Part shown: piece after piece, positions 25,747 through 39,173 of the stretch
Layout: each line of letters opens with the position of its first letter
Position numbering within the stretch: position 1 is the stretch's first letter
From: Lama guanicoe
Taxonomy: Eukaryota
NCBI GenBank assembly: GCA_013239625.1
Contig: MU054187.1
Location: 20,587,280-20,651,279, forward strand
Reading direction: 5' to 3'
Length of the DNA stretch: 64,000 nucleotides
Notes under the pieces: model-generated
Seen by the model: the letters and a program-made list of their open reading frames with translations, nothing else
What the model was told of the DNA's origin: nothing
The model's database searches: none
Position numbers and translations under genes: made by a program

Positions 25747-28284
25747 GTGACCTTATAGGTCAAAGAGTCCAAATAGTTCAGGTTACATTTAGGACGGTGA
25801 CATGGAGAGCTTTAGACCCAGATTAACATAAGCAGTTTGGGGAAAATCTAGAAGAGCCAACAAGGTATATTAATTCCTGTTCCAGGCACATAGCTAGGAT
25901 GCTATGCTGGCTCATTCACCCTGTGCCTTTGTGTATTTCTCTCTGGAGGATTTGTATTGATGCAGGAAAGAGTCTGGTGAAATAAGTTGTTGAAAGCAGT
26001 CAAACTGTTCCACCAGTGCCCAGGAAGGTTGATCAAAAGCAGATAGAAGTAAATCAGGCAGTAAAACTAAGTTAAATAAGATGTAGGCAGGAGGCTATTC
26101 ATAGGATGCTTTAGTCAGTTTAGAAGTTCTCACCACAAAAACAAAAAGCAAAAAACAAAACAAACAAACATAGACTGAATACAAATAAGGAAGAATAAGC
26201 ATTCCAGAAGAACTATATTTCTAAGGAAAATAGCTTTTAAAATGATTCTAGTTGTTTAAAGAAGGGTTAAATAAGATCATTCCAGAACACAAAAACTCTA
26301 ACTTGAAAAACCGCAACTATATTAAGTGGACCACTGAACATTTGTCAGCAAACAAAAATATGGCTTTGCATCATAATGAAAGTGGTTTGCATAAATAATG
26401 AATGTAATGCAATGTGTGTACCATTACTCTGTGAATATATTGCTGTAAAGTATTGAGTCAAAAGCTTAAATTAAGTGAAAGTATAAATATTTAAAATATG
26501 GAACATACTGTATTTAATGATGCATTGCTTTTTAAGAGCCATACGTGAATTAGTCACAATGACTGTATAGATTGATATAATAGAAAGTTCACTGACCTGC
26601 ATTTTACAAAACTTGTAATCTAAACATACCTATCCAGCCAATGAGTTATATGCCTTAACTAATCATTTATGTTCTGCTACGTTCTGCTTTTTATTTGCCC
26701 ATAAAATTGCCTTGCATATATTTGATGTCCAATCTACACCAAAACACCCAGGAGGTTCTATTTATTGTTCATAAACAGACTGCTGAGGGACTTGTGGCAC
26801 CTCAGAAAACTGATGGGGACACCATGATATATTTAAATTTTTCAAGGAAAAGCAGCGACATCTTTTGCATAACACACGAATTAATATTACCATGTCTTTT
26901 TAACATAACTACTTTAAAAAGGAAATTCTTAGATATTTCTTTTGGGAAAAAAAAAAAAAACACTGAGACACCAAGAATCAGAAGGTTTGAGAATATGTAA
27001 AATATATGATCTTTGTATCCTATCCAGATCCAAACCTGAATGACTAATTAAAAGTGAATTTAGTTGTTTGGAATTCAATATGTCCATTTTAAGTGAAATA
27101 TTTGCATCTCTTTTTGAAGTTGGAAAATTAACACATTGGCTTTATATTTCTCAAGAAACAAGTTTAGAATATTTTAAAATTATTATTATAAAATTACAAA
27201 AGTGTGTTTTAGGCAATTAAGATTTAGGTTACATATGTATAGGCAAAGAATTGTTATAGTTACTGCCATTAGCTACAATGCATCAAATGTGATTGGCCAA
27301 GAAATTTCTAGTGCAAATACAGGTTGCCTCCTTATTTTAAATAAAACTGTAAAAGAAAGAGTAAATATCAACATATAGAGCAGATTATTGATTGATATTT
27401 GTTGTTGTTCAAAATAATGTCTTTGTTATGAAATACTTCTGACCAATTTTGCTCACAAATTATGTCCATGCTGTTAGAATTCCTGTGGAATTCACAAACC
27501 AAAGCAGGAGAAATAAGAAAATGAGTCTGACTAAATATCATGCCCAGATATTTTCTTGGAAAATTCTGCCAAATGGTTTAGTAAAGTGAATTGCCCACAT
27601 ACTACCCAAATTATTTTGGTGCACAGAAATGATGAAAAGCTCTTCGAAGGGACTGAGTAGTGTGTTCACATGGAGGGCATTATTTGGACTGTGAGTCCCC
27701 TGGGCGGTCCCACAGGCAAATTTCATGTGTTCAAATGATCAAGGCTAGCTTTTAGTTAGCATCTTGCCCCACTAAATGTGTTCTTGTTACAGAGATGCCA
27801 TTCCCAGGAAAGGTCCTATTAGATGTGCTCTCTTATATTTGTGTAACAAAGAATTGGTAAGCAGAAAACAGCTTCTGTGAAACTAACTGCTTTTAAGTGA
27901 AAAGTTATTGAAAGCACCTTCCCATTTGCTGAATTATTTCTGAAATATTTAATGGAATGTGAAAATAATCCACAGTTATCCATCAAGACTAGCAGTGCCT
28001 GCCAGACTCTAGGTGATCTATAGATTAAGTAATAAAGCCCATGGATCAAAGAGTTCGTGTGGAGGTTAAGTCCAGACTCTGAATCACTAAAGGAACAGGA
28101 CCATAGATATATGTAAGATTAAATATATGCAGTAATGTGAATGCATTCAGAGGTCAATTATAAATTAACTATCTCAGTGAGTCAACCTAAAACAATTCAG
28201 TAGTCACTAGTCACAAGTGGCTATTGAACACTTGAAATGGAGCTAGTCTTCATTAAGATGTGCAGTAGTTTAAAACACACACCT

Positions 28285-28497
28285 ATTAGGAGTTTGGGAT
28301 TAGCACTTACAAACTACTGTATATAAAGGAGATAAACAACAAGGTCCCACTGTATAGCACAGGGAATTCTATTTAATATTTTGTAATAACTTATGATGAA
28401 AAAGTATATGTTTGTACAACTGAATCACTAAGCTGTACACAAGAAATTAACACAACATTATAAATTAACTATACTTCAATAAAAAATAAAATAAAAC
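28285..28497 (+). mobile_element. 5'-truncated L1 3' end with TSD
   Basis: 'ggagtttgggattagc...actgtatagcacaggga...actgaatcact..gctgtacac..tatacttcaataaaaa'; 13-bp TSD aaaacacacacct at 28272-28284 and 28498-28510. Confidence 0.92.
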
Positions 28498-28530
28498 AAA
28501 ACACACACCTGATTTTGCAGTCCTACTATG

Positions 28531-28637
28531 AAAAAAAGAGAAAGGAAGGGAAGGAGAGAAAGAGAGGACAAGAGAGACATAGAGAGCAAGGGAAGATGGG
28601 AGGAAAAGAGGGAAGAGGAAGAAAGAAATAAAGGGAT
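28531..28637. repeat. Polypurine (GA-rich) low-complexity tract
   Basis: About 100 bp, almost entirely A/G. Confidence 0.85.
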
Positions 28638-29039
28638 AAATATTTCAGTAATAATTTGAATATTGACACATATTAAAATGATGATATTTTGTCTATATCA
28701 GGTTAAACAAAGTATATTGATACAGTTTAACTTTACCTATTTAATTCCTTTTTTCAGGCCAATGAAAATTACACAAGTGGGTTTCAATATATTTCATTCT
28801 AAGTAATGCCTTAGAGGCATTTGTCTCTAAATCAGAGATTTCCTCAAGGTTTGTCAAGTTTCTCCAGCTTTTCTGCCCCTTCCTTCACCCTCAGCATCTG
28901 CTTACCCTACAGACTATTCTTTTAAAAATTTATCTCTACTCTGATTTTCAACTTCTCGGTATGTAGGCTGTTGGCTAAAACAATAAATGTGTGACTTGTA
29001 ACAATTGTAAGGGACACCTATTCATTATACCCCAATGAT

Positions 29040-29845
29040 GAAGTACAAAACAAAATTAAAGACTATGGACAAGATTCAGTCAAACTTATTGTTTGAAAAA
29101 TCTTAAATATAATACTAACAGGTACAACATGGCCATATGACAAAAGACCTAGAAAATGTTTTCAGTCAGATTTCTCCCATATTGGAAAGATGATTACCTA
29201 TTAGGAATTCTATTACAATTACAAAAGCCATGGAAAAACTATTTAATGTTTGATCATATCATTAGTTGTGAGAAAAACATAAAATTCAATATGTATTTCC
29301 TGATAAAGCTATTAAAATGAGAAATAACAGATTACTTTCTTAGATAACATAGGCAGCCTTTATCTCAATCAAAATACTTCTAACAAAATGAAATCTGCAA
29401 AAATAGAGGTATTTCCACAATATCAAGAATGAGAAATAAACACCTCTCTTCTCATTTAATACTTTGACAATAAAATACTTTCATTCCTCAAAGTAACAAA
29501 AAATTAACATATAGGGAAAACTGTAGAAGAAAGGTAAGAAACTTGGATGAAGAAACTAAAGATACAAAGAAAGGAGAGGAAAAAAGAATACTGCCAAGGA
29601 CCACAGATAAATATTTTCAATAAATAAATTCTATCTGCTTAGTTAGTAGAAATATTATTTTAAAGATATAAAATTCTCCACAATAATTTCTATGTTGATG
29701 AAAACCTAAAATATCTTTTTTCTTTTAAGCTGATCCTAAAGTTTCCTTGGCAGAATACATGGAGGAGAATAGCCAAAATAAATATGATATTGAAAAGATT
29801 TAAGCATAGATTTTCCTTGCCAGATGTCAAGGCACAAAGCCCCAT
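29040..29845 (+). mobile_element. Highly diverged old L1 ORF2 fragment
   Basis: 'aaaatcttaaatataatactaaca', 'gctgatcctaaagtttccttggcagaat...aatagccaaaata...ccttgccagatgtcaag'. Confidence 0.55.
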
Positions 29846-29854
29846 TAGTTAATT

Positions 29855-30294
29855 GGGTCTGTCTGGCTCTTTTCCTTCCAAAACTTATTCTCTGATTCTT
29901 CTTTAGCACCAGGAACTTGACTTAGGTACATGATTGTTCAGCTTAGTTTTCATTTCACATCTTCTCCTGTGGCTAGACCTGTCTCATTGATGAGAATCTG
30001 GCCAATGAATTTTAAGCAGAAGTGAAATGTATGGTTCTTGATTTGCACTCTTGAAAGGCAGGAAGCTTGGCAGCTCCTCTTTGAAACAGTTGTCTTAGAC
30101 TTTTAGTGTGAAGCTGTTTGCTTAGGATGGCAGAGCAATAAAATACAGAGCCTGCATATCCAATATCATGGATATGTCGTATCAGCTCTGAGCTGCTTAC
30201 GCAAGGACTATTAAATGACAGAGCAATACATTTATCCATTTTAAAAAGCACTATTATTTGGCCTTTGTAACTTGGTGCAGTATCCTAATTAACA
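29855..30294 (+). mobile_element. MaLR LTR (MLT1H/I-like)
   Basis: 'tctggccaatgaattttaagcagaagtga', 'aggatggcagagca...agagcctg', terminal 'cctaattaaca'. Confidence 0.7.
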
Positions 30295-30300
30295 TTGTGT

Positions 30301-30475
30301 TGAGACAAGAAGGAAGGCGGCAGGGCACAACCATTAAAGGAAGGGCACAGCAATTAGCACCAAGATGGCACAAGATTCAACTCCCATTAGATCTTGAGGC
30401 CCAAGATGGTGGGAGAGTTGACTTCCAGTAGACCTTGAGCATCATTATACACTCACTAGTAACTGGTAACACCAA
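30301..30475 (+). mobile_element. 5' part of an ERV1-type LTR (cetartiodactyl), 3'-truncated
   Basis: Starts TGAGACAAGAAGGAAGG..CAGGGCACAACC; contains 'ccaagatgg...gacttccagtagaccttgagcatcattatac'. Confidence 0.65.
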
Positions 30476-31529
30476 TAATTCTAGCCACAATCCAGAGGAT
30501 GCTATCTTTGCTTTTTAGTGAGGAGGTATGGAGGTTTTGTAGAAATAAGCGGAGCCTAACTTATAATGTTCTCCCCAGTAGGCATTTGGATGAGTCACAA
30601 TGTGTGTCAGAATATTTCATTATTTACCTCTAAGGGAAAAACACTTTTGAATTAATACAAAAGATAAAAACATAATTTTACTTTAAAGTAAATTTCAAGC
30701 TTCATGAGATTATCAGAAGGGTAATCCTAAAATATTAATAATTCTAAAAAATATAATGACTTGGTCCAAATTTGCTTTCAAAATTACACATTTTTTGAAA
30801 AACTCTGAGCAACAAACAAATCTAGGTCAGCGTTCATTAGCAAACATTTTCTTGCATCATCCTAGTGTTGGTGCCCTGGAACATTATTCTACTAACTAGC
30901 AGCATTTTCACCTAAGTGTTAATGGAATATGAAAAAATACACCCATTGTTTTTCTTCTTAGAAGTACATTACCCAGTATTTTATCTCAGCTAGTTATTTC
31001 CACTAACCGGTCTTCCAAACATCGAATCACTTTTCATTTACTTGTAAATGTGTAGAAATAGTTCTCAAATATTGTCCAAGGCCACAATATCAGTATATCC
31101 AAGCAAATGACTAAGGCCAGATAAAATAATACAACCAAACTATGAGGCAACAGCAACAGCAAAACAACTGCAGATCTACCTGAGGATTTATTTTCCCCCA
31201 TTTCTTTTATTTTAGGTAGGGTCTGTAACCCATCAGTCTCTTCTTTCTTAAAATGCAAATCTGTGAGGACAAAAAGACATTTTACATTTAAAATAGTGCT
31301 GACTAATAGCAAATGATTTAGGCTTCTTAACTATTAAATTCTCCTGAGTAATTACTTTGTGTGCTTTCTTCATCAATGAAAAAGGAATATACAATATCCC
31401 ATATTACGATGTATCATTTGTTCATCTAAAGAGTGTTGGATTTTATGAGCCACTCAGTGTATGTTCATAAAAGATACATCATTCAAGATAGCAAAATCAA
31501 GGTGGAAAAGAAGTCAATAGAAAAAATAA

Positions 31530-31710
31530 GAGAACTATTATTTATTGGGTATATAATAAGGGCCAGAACTTTAAGTAGTTATTTTTAGTTAATACCCCTT
31601 AGTTCTCACAATTACACAATTAAATTACTCTACTAAGTATGAGAATAAATATCATGTCCATGATCACATACCCAACACAAAGTAGAGCTGAAATTCAAAC
31701 CTGCGTCTAT
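31530..31710 (-). mobile_element. MIR fragment
   Basis: 'tgtccatgatcacata...agtagagctgaaattcaaacctgcgtct' resembles reverse MIR. Confidence 0.5.
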
Positions 31711-33778
31711 CATATTTTATACAATCTCTCCAGATATATATATCAAATTTCGAACTCCATCTCCATATATATATAAATATATATGTATGCAATAGACACC
31801 AAACAACTATAATTTACCTAAGCCCTAAATAATAAATTAAATATAGCTTGAATGGGGCTAATAGTTTCTTAAAATTCTGCACTATTAAACAAATGTATTT
31901 TGTAAGAAGTTATTTGAGCCTCATGAGCACATATTTTAATCAATTGTTTACATTTACCTTATTCCATATTTCCCAAGTTTCTTATTTGCTATGAACTACT
32001 GCAAAATTCAGTCTTTTTAGATTGATAAATTTCTATTCATCCTAATTCAATGTTTGAATTGATAAACTTTACCATATTCCCCTACAGACATCATCATTAT
32101 AAACAGACGAATTCTAATTATGTATGGTTCCACTTAGTTTATTATAGTCTCAGAAAAAATTTATTTAACAGCACTGGGAAAGAACATTTTCTGTACATCT
32201 TTGAGCATCTTTGTGGGTGCAGTGTCCTTATTAGGAGTACTTAGCCTTGGCCTCTTCTGTACCCTCGGGGCTGATAAATAGGATTCCATGAAGGCTGTGG
32301 GAAGCCGACACCGCCGACCACTTACCAAAAGCAAAGTTCTCAGAAGTGTCCCAAGTCACAGAAGCCAAAGCTCAGCCCAGGGAACACCCACAACTGAGTA
32401 TCTGATGCACTTCTTAAGACTCTAGGCTTCAGTTTATTTTACTGACAATCAGACGTTTTTCTATGATGACAGCATGTCCCAAATATAACATTTTATTGGA
32501 TTAGGTGGGATGTCTATCAAAAAATAATCTGAAAACCAAAGGACAGAGTTTTTTACACAGTAAATTGTCATTTTTCCCCCAAGAAATTGGCTTCAAATAA
32601 AAACATATTACAAATTTTAGACTTGAAGACAGGTTACTTTTTTTTTTTACCAGAAAATATTTAATTTGCTCTGGGCATATTTTCAACTTCAAGGAACCTA
32701 TATTGCTGTATAAACTTTCCTTAGTTTGAAGTTATCCATCCATGTATAATAAATATATTAAAGAAGAGAAAATATTCTATGAAAAAATATTATTCAATTA
32801 TATATTTTATCTCATTTTTAAAAACAATTAAGTAAATAAATGATAGTACATTTAGTTTAAGGTCACTTAAAGAGACAAACACCTGTCCATAAGCAAAAAA
32901 TTGATAATTTTTTGTCATTACATTAAATCAGTAGAGATTATCATATCTATCTTCATGACTGTGACCTTGAAAGTTGAGATACTCACTCCCAAACCAAATG
33001 ACAATAATCTTTATCAACTAAGATTGGATGGGAGTGAGAAGAAAAAGATGTTTCAATCATAGTGAAGTGAGTTTATTCACCTAATTTTTTAATTAAAACT
33101 TTGCCAAATAATATTTCAAGACTAATATCAGCCCTTAGAAGCTACTGCCTCACATCAGAGACAGTTAATCTTTCTAGAAAAGCATTTTTCACATTGTCTG
33201 TTAACATGGTATCCTTCATCATTAGCATATGCATTGGACCCTTGATTAATTAAAATTTTGGATATTTAAGGGGTGGGTAAGTTGGGCATAAACAAATAAG
33301 ATAACAAGAAGCCAGAAGATAAAAAGAAACCTCAAACTTTCCAACATCCTAAGAAACAAAAAAGATTATTTTAAGCAGCTGTCAATAAACTGTTTAGGCC
33401 TTCATACTGTAAACAAAAACTATAGATTCACATGTTATTAATTGTATTTATTGAGAAAGTAATTTCTTTTACTTTATCAATAATAAATATCCAAGAAAAA
33501 ACGACCACGTATAGTGAGATTCACAATTAAAAGGGGGGTGTCAATTCATATTCTTAATGCTTCTCTTGATCATTTTGACTTTTCTTGATCAAATTCAGCT
33601 GAAGATTATATTCCAAGATTAGAAGAGGTATTAGCTCTGTTTTTGTTGTATTTTTTATTTGTATTATCAATGTTAGCTTCAAGTATTATATTCATTGGAA
33701 GCTTTTTTTGCAGAATTTTTTATACACACTAGTCAATTTTATGAGAAATAATTAGCTTCACAATAAATTACATGGCCT

Positions 33779-36236
33779 GGAGGGAGAGGCCAAATTGGCA
33801 GAGTAGGAAAATCCTGAACACATCTCCTCCCACAAGCGCACTAAAATTGCAATTATTAGCAGAGTAACTATCAATAAGAGTGACCTGAAGACAAGCAGAA
33901 AAGATCTCCTAAGCTAAAGATACAAAGGAGAAACCATCATAAGACAGATATGAGAGGCAGAGATCTCAATACGCACACCCCAAGGTGAGCAATCTACAAA
34001 CAGAGGAATAATTACAACTGCAGAGGTTCTCCCCAGGAGTGAGTGATCCTAGCCCTATCTTCGGATCCCCAGCTTGGTGGTCCTGCACTGACAAGATAAG
34101 CACCCAGAAATTTGGTTTTGAAGGCCAGTGGGGTTTACTTTTAGGAGAGCCAGAGTTCTGTGGGAAATAGACACTCCACCCTTAAAGAGAGCACACAAAA
34201 TCTAACACTCCAAGACCCAGGCCAGGAATAGTAATTTGAAAGGAGCCTGCATCAGACTCATTTGCTGATCTTGGAGAGGATCTCGGAGAGGCAGGAAGCA
34301 ACTGAAATTCATCCTGTGGACACAGATGCTGACAGCAGTCATTTTTGATTACTGGTGCTTATAAGAGCCATTTTGAAATCCTTCCTGTAGCTTTTAGTGA
34401 TGCCAGGACCTGGCCCTGCCCACAAGCAAGCCATCATTAGCTCCAGATCTCCCCAGAGCATGCATCCAGTCATTTCAGGAATTAGCTCCAGCCATTAGAA
34501 GGTCAACACTAGCTATAAGACTCCAGGCCCCTCAGCTGGCCATGCTAGGACCCAGCTCCCCCCACCAGTGGGCTAGAACCCCCCCAGGGCTCCATAGCCA
34601 GTCACTTTGTGACCAGGCCCCATCCACTGACAGGCCAGCACCTAGATTGAGACTACCCTGGCCTGCAGCCAACCATGCCAGAATGTAACCCCACTCAGCA
34701 GAAGCCACAATCTTCAGAAAAGTAAGAACTTGGTAGCCAAGTGGACCAAGGGCCAGCCAGGATGCTCACAGAAGTCAGCCTGCCATAGTAGAAGGACCCA
34801 CCCGGCCTACACAGAGAGCACACCTAAAGCATACAACTCCAGTGACAGAAGCAAAGTCAGCTACTGGGCCCCACAGGGCATTTCCTAAATAAGAACATTT
34901 CCTTGAAATCAGAAAAGGTCACCAATCTACCAAATACATAAAAATAAAAACAGGAAAATAGGCACAATGAGACAACAGAAGCTGTTCCAAAAGGAACAAA
35001 ATAAAACCCCAGAAACATAAAGTGAAGTGGAGAAAAGCAATCTAGATTAAAGATGCCCAAAGAATTCAAGAGATGAATGAATGAACAAAGTGAGAGCATC
35101 AATAGAGTTAAAAAATGTAAAGAAGAACCAAACAGAGCTGAAGAATACAATAACTGAAATAAATTAAAAAAACAAAACAAAAAAACACTAGAAGAAATCA
35201 ACACCAGATTAGATGATACAGAGGAATGAATCAGCAAACTGCAAGACAAGGTAGTATAAATCAGTGAAGCTAAACAGAAGAAAGAAAAAAAAGAATTAAA
35301 AAAAAATGAGGACAGTTTAAGAATCCTCTAATACAACAGAAAACATAATAACATTCACATTATAGGGGTCCCAGAAGTAAAAAGAAAAAGATAAGGGGCA
35401 GAGAACATATTTGAAGGCATACTAGTTGTAAACTTCCCTACCTGGGAATCACAGAGAGTCCCAAAGAGGATTAACTCAAAGAGGATAACACCAGCACATT
35501 GTAATTTAAATGGAAAAAACCAAAGATATTGAGAATATTAACAGCAGCAAGGGAGAAGCAACAAGTTACACACAAAGGAACTCCTATAAGAAAATACGCA
35601 GACTTTTCAGCAGAAATTCTGCAGGTCAGAGGGGAGTTCCATGATATATTTAAATTGATGAAAGGGAAAACTTAAAACCAAGAATATTCTGCTAGGTAAG
35701 GCTCTCATGATTTGAAGGAGAGATTAAAGGTTTTACAGACAAGCAAATGCTAAATGAGTTCAATATCACAAAACCAGCTTTACAAGAAATGTTAAAGGGA
35801 CATCTCTAAGTGGGGGGAAAAAAGGCTACAAGAAATATGAAATGTACGAACAGAAAAATATCAATGGTAAAGGCAAGTATACAGTAAAGGTAGTAGATCA
35901 GCCACTTATAAAGCTGGTGGAAAGGTTAAAAAAACAAAGGTAGTAAAGTCATCTTTATTCATAATAAGTAGATAAGGTCTACGTAAAACAAAATGATGTA
36001 AAATATGTCACAAACAGTAAGCAAGGGCAGGGGAAATAAAACTGCAAGGTTGTTAAGATGTGTTTGGACTTAAGATCAGCAACTTAAAATAATTACATAA
36101 ATGTACAGATTGCTATATATAAACCTTATGGTAACCACAAACCAAAAATCTATAATAGATCCATGCATACAAAACAGAAAGGAATCCAAACATAACAGTA
36201 AAGACAGTCATCAAATCACAGGCAAGAGAGCAAAAG
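33779..36236 (+). mobile_element. L1 5' portion (5'UTR, ORF1, long inter-ORF spacer); ORF2 absent
   Basis: Starts 'gggagaggccaaattggcagagtagg'; ORF1 remnant 34967-35809 ending ITKPALQEMLKGHL*; spacer '...atggtaaccacaaaccaaaaatctataatagat...aaagacagtcatcaaatcaca' followed by an abrupt end. Confidence 0.88.
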
Positions 36237-37786
36237 CCCGTCAGAGACAGACACTGACCTTGTTAAGCAAGTCCTTCGTGGATATTCTTGTTTTTCCTTT
36301 AAAATATCTTGTGTAATATGATCACCAGCATCAAACCGAACAAGATGCAGAGGGTTTATATGCTTTGTCATTTTAAGCATTACAGGAGTTGGTATGTAAA
36401 GAAAGCTTTGGTACTTAAACCCTAGTGGATAGAAGTATTTCTGAAACCTTGAATAGAAGCAGTCCTTTGCTGTGAAGAGAACTGCATGGAAAACAACACA
36501 GGTTTATTGGGAAACTTAATTCACCCATAGTGTCCTGTACTTCAGGATCAACGTTTTATTAATACAGCCATATATCGGTTTAGGTTTGGTTTTCATATGG
36601 TCTCTACCACCTATATTTGAATGGCAATCTAATAACAAACACTGGAAAAAGTTTTACATTTAGGCACTTTACATTTAAATGCACTGTTTAATATCACTGT
36701 GCCCTTCAATTTCCAGGAACTCATTATGTAAAGTTTTGATAGATACAGGGAGCCAGAATAAAATAAAGACACAGCTAAGAGAAGATTCGGAACCTTAAAT
36801 TGGCTTATAGAAGGAGAACTGGCCAGAGTCCAGTGTTATATAAATGTGCGCCATATTTTACATAAGATTGAAGAGCTTGTGTGCCTAACACAAAAAGAAA
36901 GAAAGCCAACTCCATGAATGGCAAGATACAGCCAGAGCCCATGCACGCACACATGTACACACACACGCATAAAAACAAAATGCAGAAACAGGAATATTAT
37001 ATGTATCAAGGAAGTTTTAGAGCAGGAGATGAGTTCAAATTATAATCTATTTTTCCTTGGAGATATTTTCTAAAAAACTAACATTAGGAGATTTAAATTT
37101 AAATTATTTTATAAAATTTATTGTAAAAACCTGCAGAATATATAAGATTTCCAGAACAACATTTTATTTTTCTTTTATAGTAAATTAGTTCAATGGTTTT
37201 CAGGAATGCATAGGCTAGACTGAAAACTCTTCATATTTAAGTATTAATTTCAAGCCTTTTTTTTTTTTTTTGGCAACCCTCTGTGAAAATCACATTGGAC
37301 TGCAAGATTTTCCTAAGGATCTCCATGGATGTCGTGCCCCCAAGTTTTGTCCCCATCATGTACACCATTCCTCTCCTGTCCTCTCTTCTGCAAAGTAAAT
37401 GTCATTTCCATTACTCCTACCTGATAAAATTCTAGTCATCTTTTTTTTTACGGAAAATCCCTTTCATCCCATAAGATTAACTACAGTATCTTTCCTATTA
37501 CCATGTTATGCAGTAGGTAAATGTGTACTGAATCAAAGAATCTATTCATTTCATGGATTTTGTTCATGTTATAAGCAGAGAACTTAAAACACTGCATTGT
37601 GATTTGGAGTATATACTTACAGTTGTCTCCAATGGATGTGAATGCTGATGGCTGAGAATGAGGCATACGAACCTGTTTCCTCCGTTTATCAGTGCTTAAG
37701 ACATTAAGGCACCAGTCTCAACAGATTTACTTAATGACAACTGGCATTTTATTCTAAATACTCAGAGGTTCAGTGTCCCTTATCTA

Positions 37787-37870
37787 TTTTTTAACCATTT
37801 TTAGTGAAGTATAGTTGATTTATAATGTTGGGTTAGTTTCAGGTGCACATCAAAGTGATTCAGTATTACA
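37787..37870 (-). mobile_element. Very short L1 3' stub
   Basis: 'tttttagtgaagtatagttgatttataatgttgggttagtttcaggtgcacatcaaagtgattcagt' is the reverse complement of the L1 terminus seen at 28420-28490. Confidence 0.8.
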
Positions 37871-39045
37871 GCTTTTTCAAATGTAAAATTAAATCAGAAT
37901 GTTCTATATATAATCTATCAATAATCATATAGTGACCATTAATACCTACATTTTTAACTTAAATGTTTCAGAAAATAGCCTACCAGAGGAAAAAGAAACT
38001 TAATGAGTTTCTCTCAATAGCTGTCTCATCAGAAAATGACATAGTTTCCATGTTTCTTAATAATCTCTAGAAGATTGTAACCAACTTGGATTATATATTT
38101 TTGCTTTTCCATGTGTGTAACATATATTTGTATTTCCTAACATACATACTTTTGCATAACATATTTTTCAGATATATTAAAACAAACACATCAAGTTTTC
38201 ATTATGATTTTTTCAGTAGGAAAAATAATATGCTTATTTTTTCACTCAAGGCTTTTGGGTCCAGTAAAATATTTAATTTGCATCAAATTAAACACTTTAC
38301 TATTAAAATTCATGCTGTATTTCTCTAAAAGATTTATAATTCAACATTTGACATCTTGCATTATTTATTTATTCCCTCTTTTGACTTTCATAAATGCCTA
38401 CATTTATTTTATATTATTCTATTTAAGGCACTCCTGAAATATCTTCTTTCTTTCATGTGTTTTTTATGTATTACCTTTAGGTCACTGCTTCCCTCCCTAC
38501 TTTTCCATTATAAGATAAAATATATAACTTTAAAGTTCCATACTACCTTTGGATGATATGTCTTTGACAGTAGATGTCTTCTTACTAATTATTTGCAAAG
38601 TGACAGGTTTCAGCAATATTTTAATACTTTCCATATTTCATCTAGACAATTATTACAAACCTCATTGTCCATGTATAATCCATGTTATCCCAGTTGAGTC
38701 ATCAATATTTAGAAGATAGATAGATTTCAACTCTCTTGCTATGTGGAAGCAAAAGCATCAATTTTTCAATGTAGTCAAGTCTGTACCAGAATAAAGTAAA
38801 TATTCAAACATTTATCAATAAAACTACTTCAATAATTCAATCTTGAATTAGGACTGAAGCAAATCATCCCTTGATAAAATATTAAAAAGCAAGCAAAAGT
38901 ACACTAGCAAGAGAAGAAATGTCACACAGATAATAAGATAATGCTTTTCTTCTAATTGATGAAATAATGACCACATTCCATTAATTCAAATGTATGCAAT
39001 ACCTGTCTAGACACTGGTATCAAGACAGTTAAGAATCCAAGACTG

Positions 39046-39173
39046 GTGGGGACTGGTGAAATTTTGAAGCATATGATAAAATATGATAAAAAATGACACT
39101 AAACAGCAAAGTGGGGACTGGTGAAATTTTGAAGCATATGATAAAATATGATAAAAAATGACACTAAACAGCA
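39046..39173. repeat. Perfect 63-bp tandem duplication separated by 'aa'
   Basis: gtggggactggtgaa...aaacagca at 39046-39108 and 39111-39173. Confidence 0.95.

Larger units (their letters stand above)
28185..28810. mobile_element. MER33 (hAT-Charlie), interrupted by an L1 3' end and a GA-rich expansion
   Basis: 'gtcactagtcacaagtggctattgaacacttgaaatggagctagtc...aaaacacacacc|tgattttgcag...aaaatgatgatattttg...aaaattacacaagtgg' follows the MER33 consensus. Confidence 0.8.

Noticed and set aside
34857..35249. 130-aa hydrophobic minus-strand ORF
   Set aside because: It is the antisense reading of A-rich L1 ORF1.
39046..39173. CRISPR-like or functional repeat array
   Set aside because: There are only two adjacent copies with no spacers, in a mammalian context.
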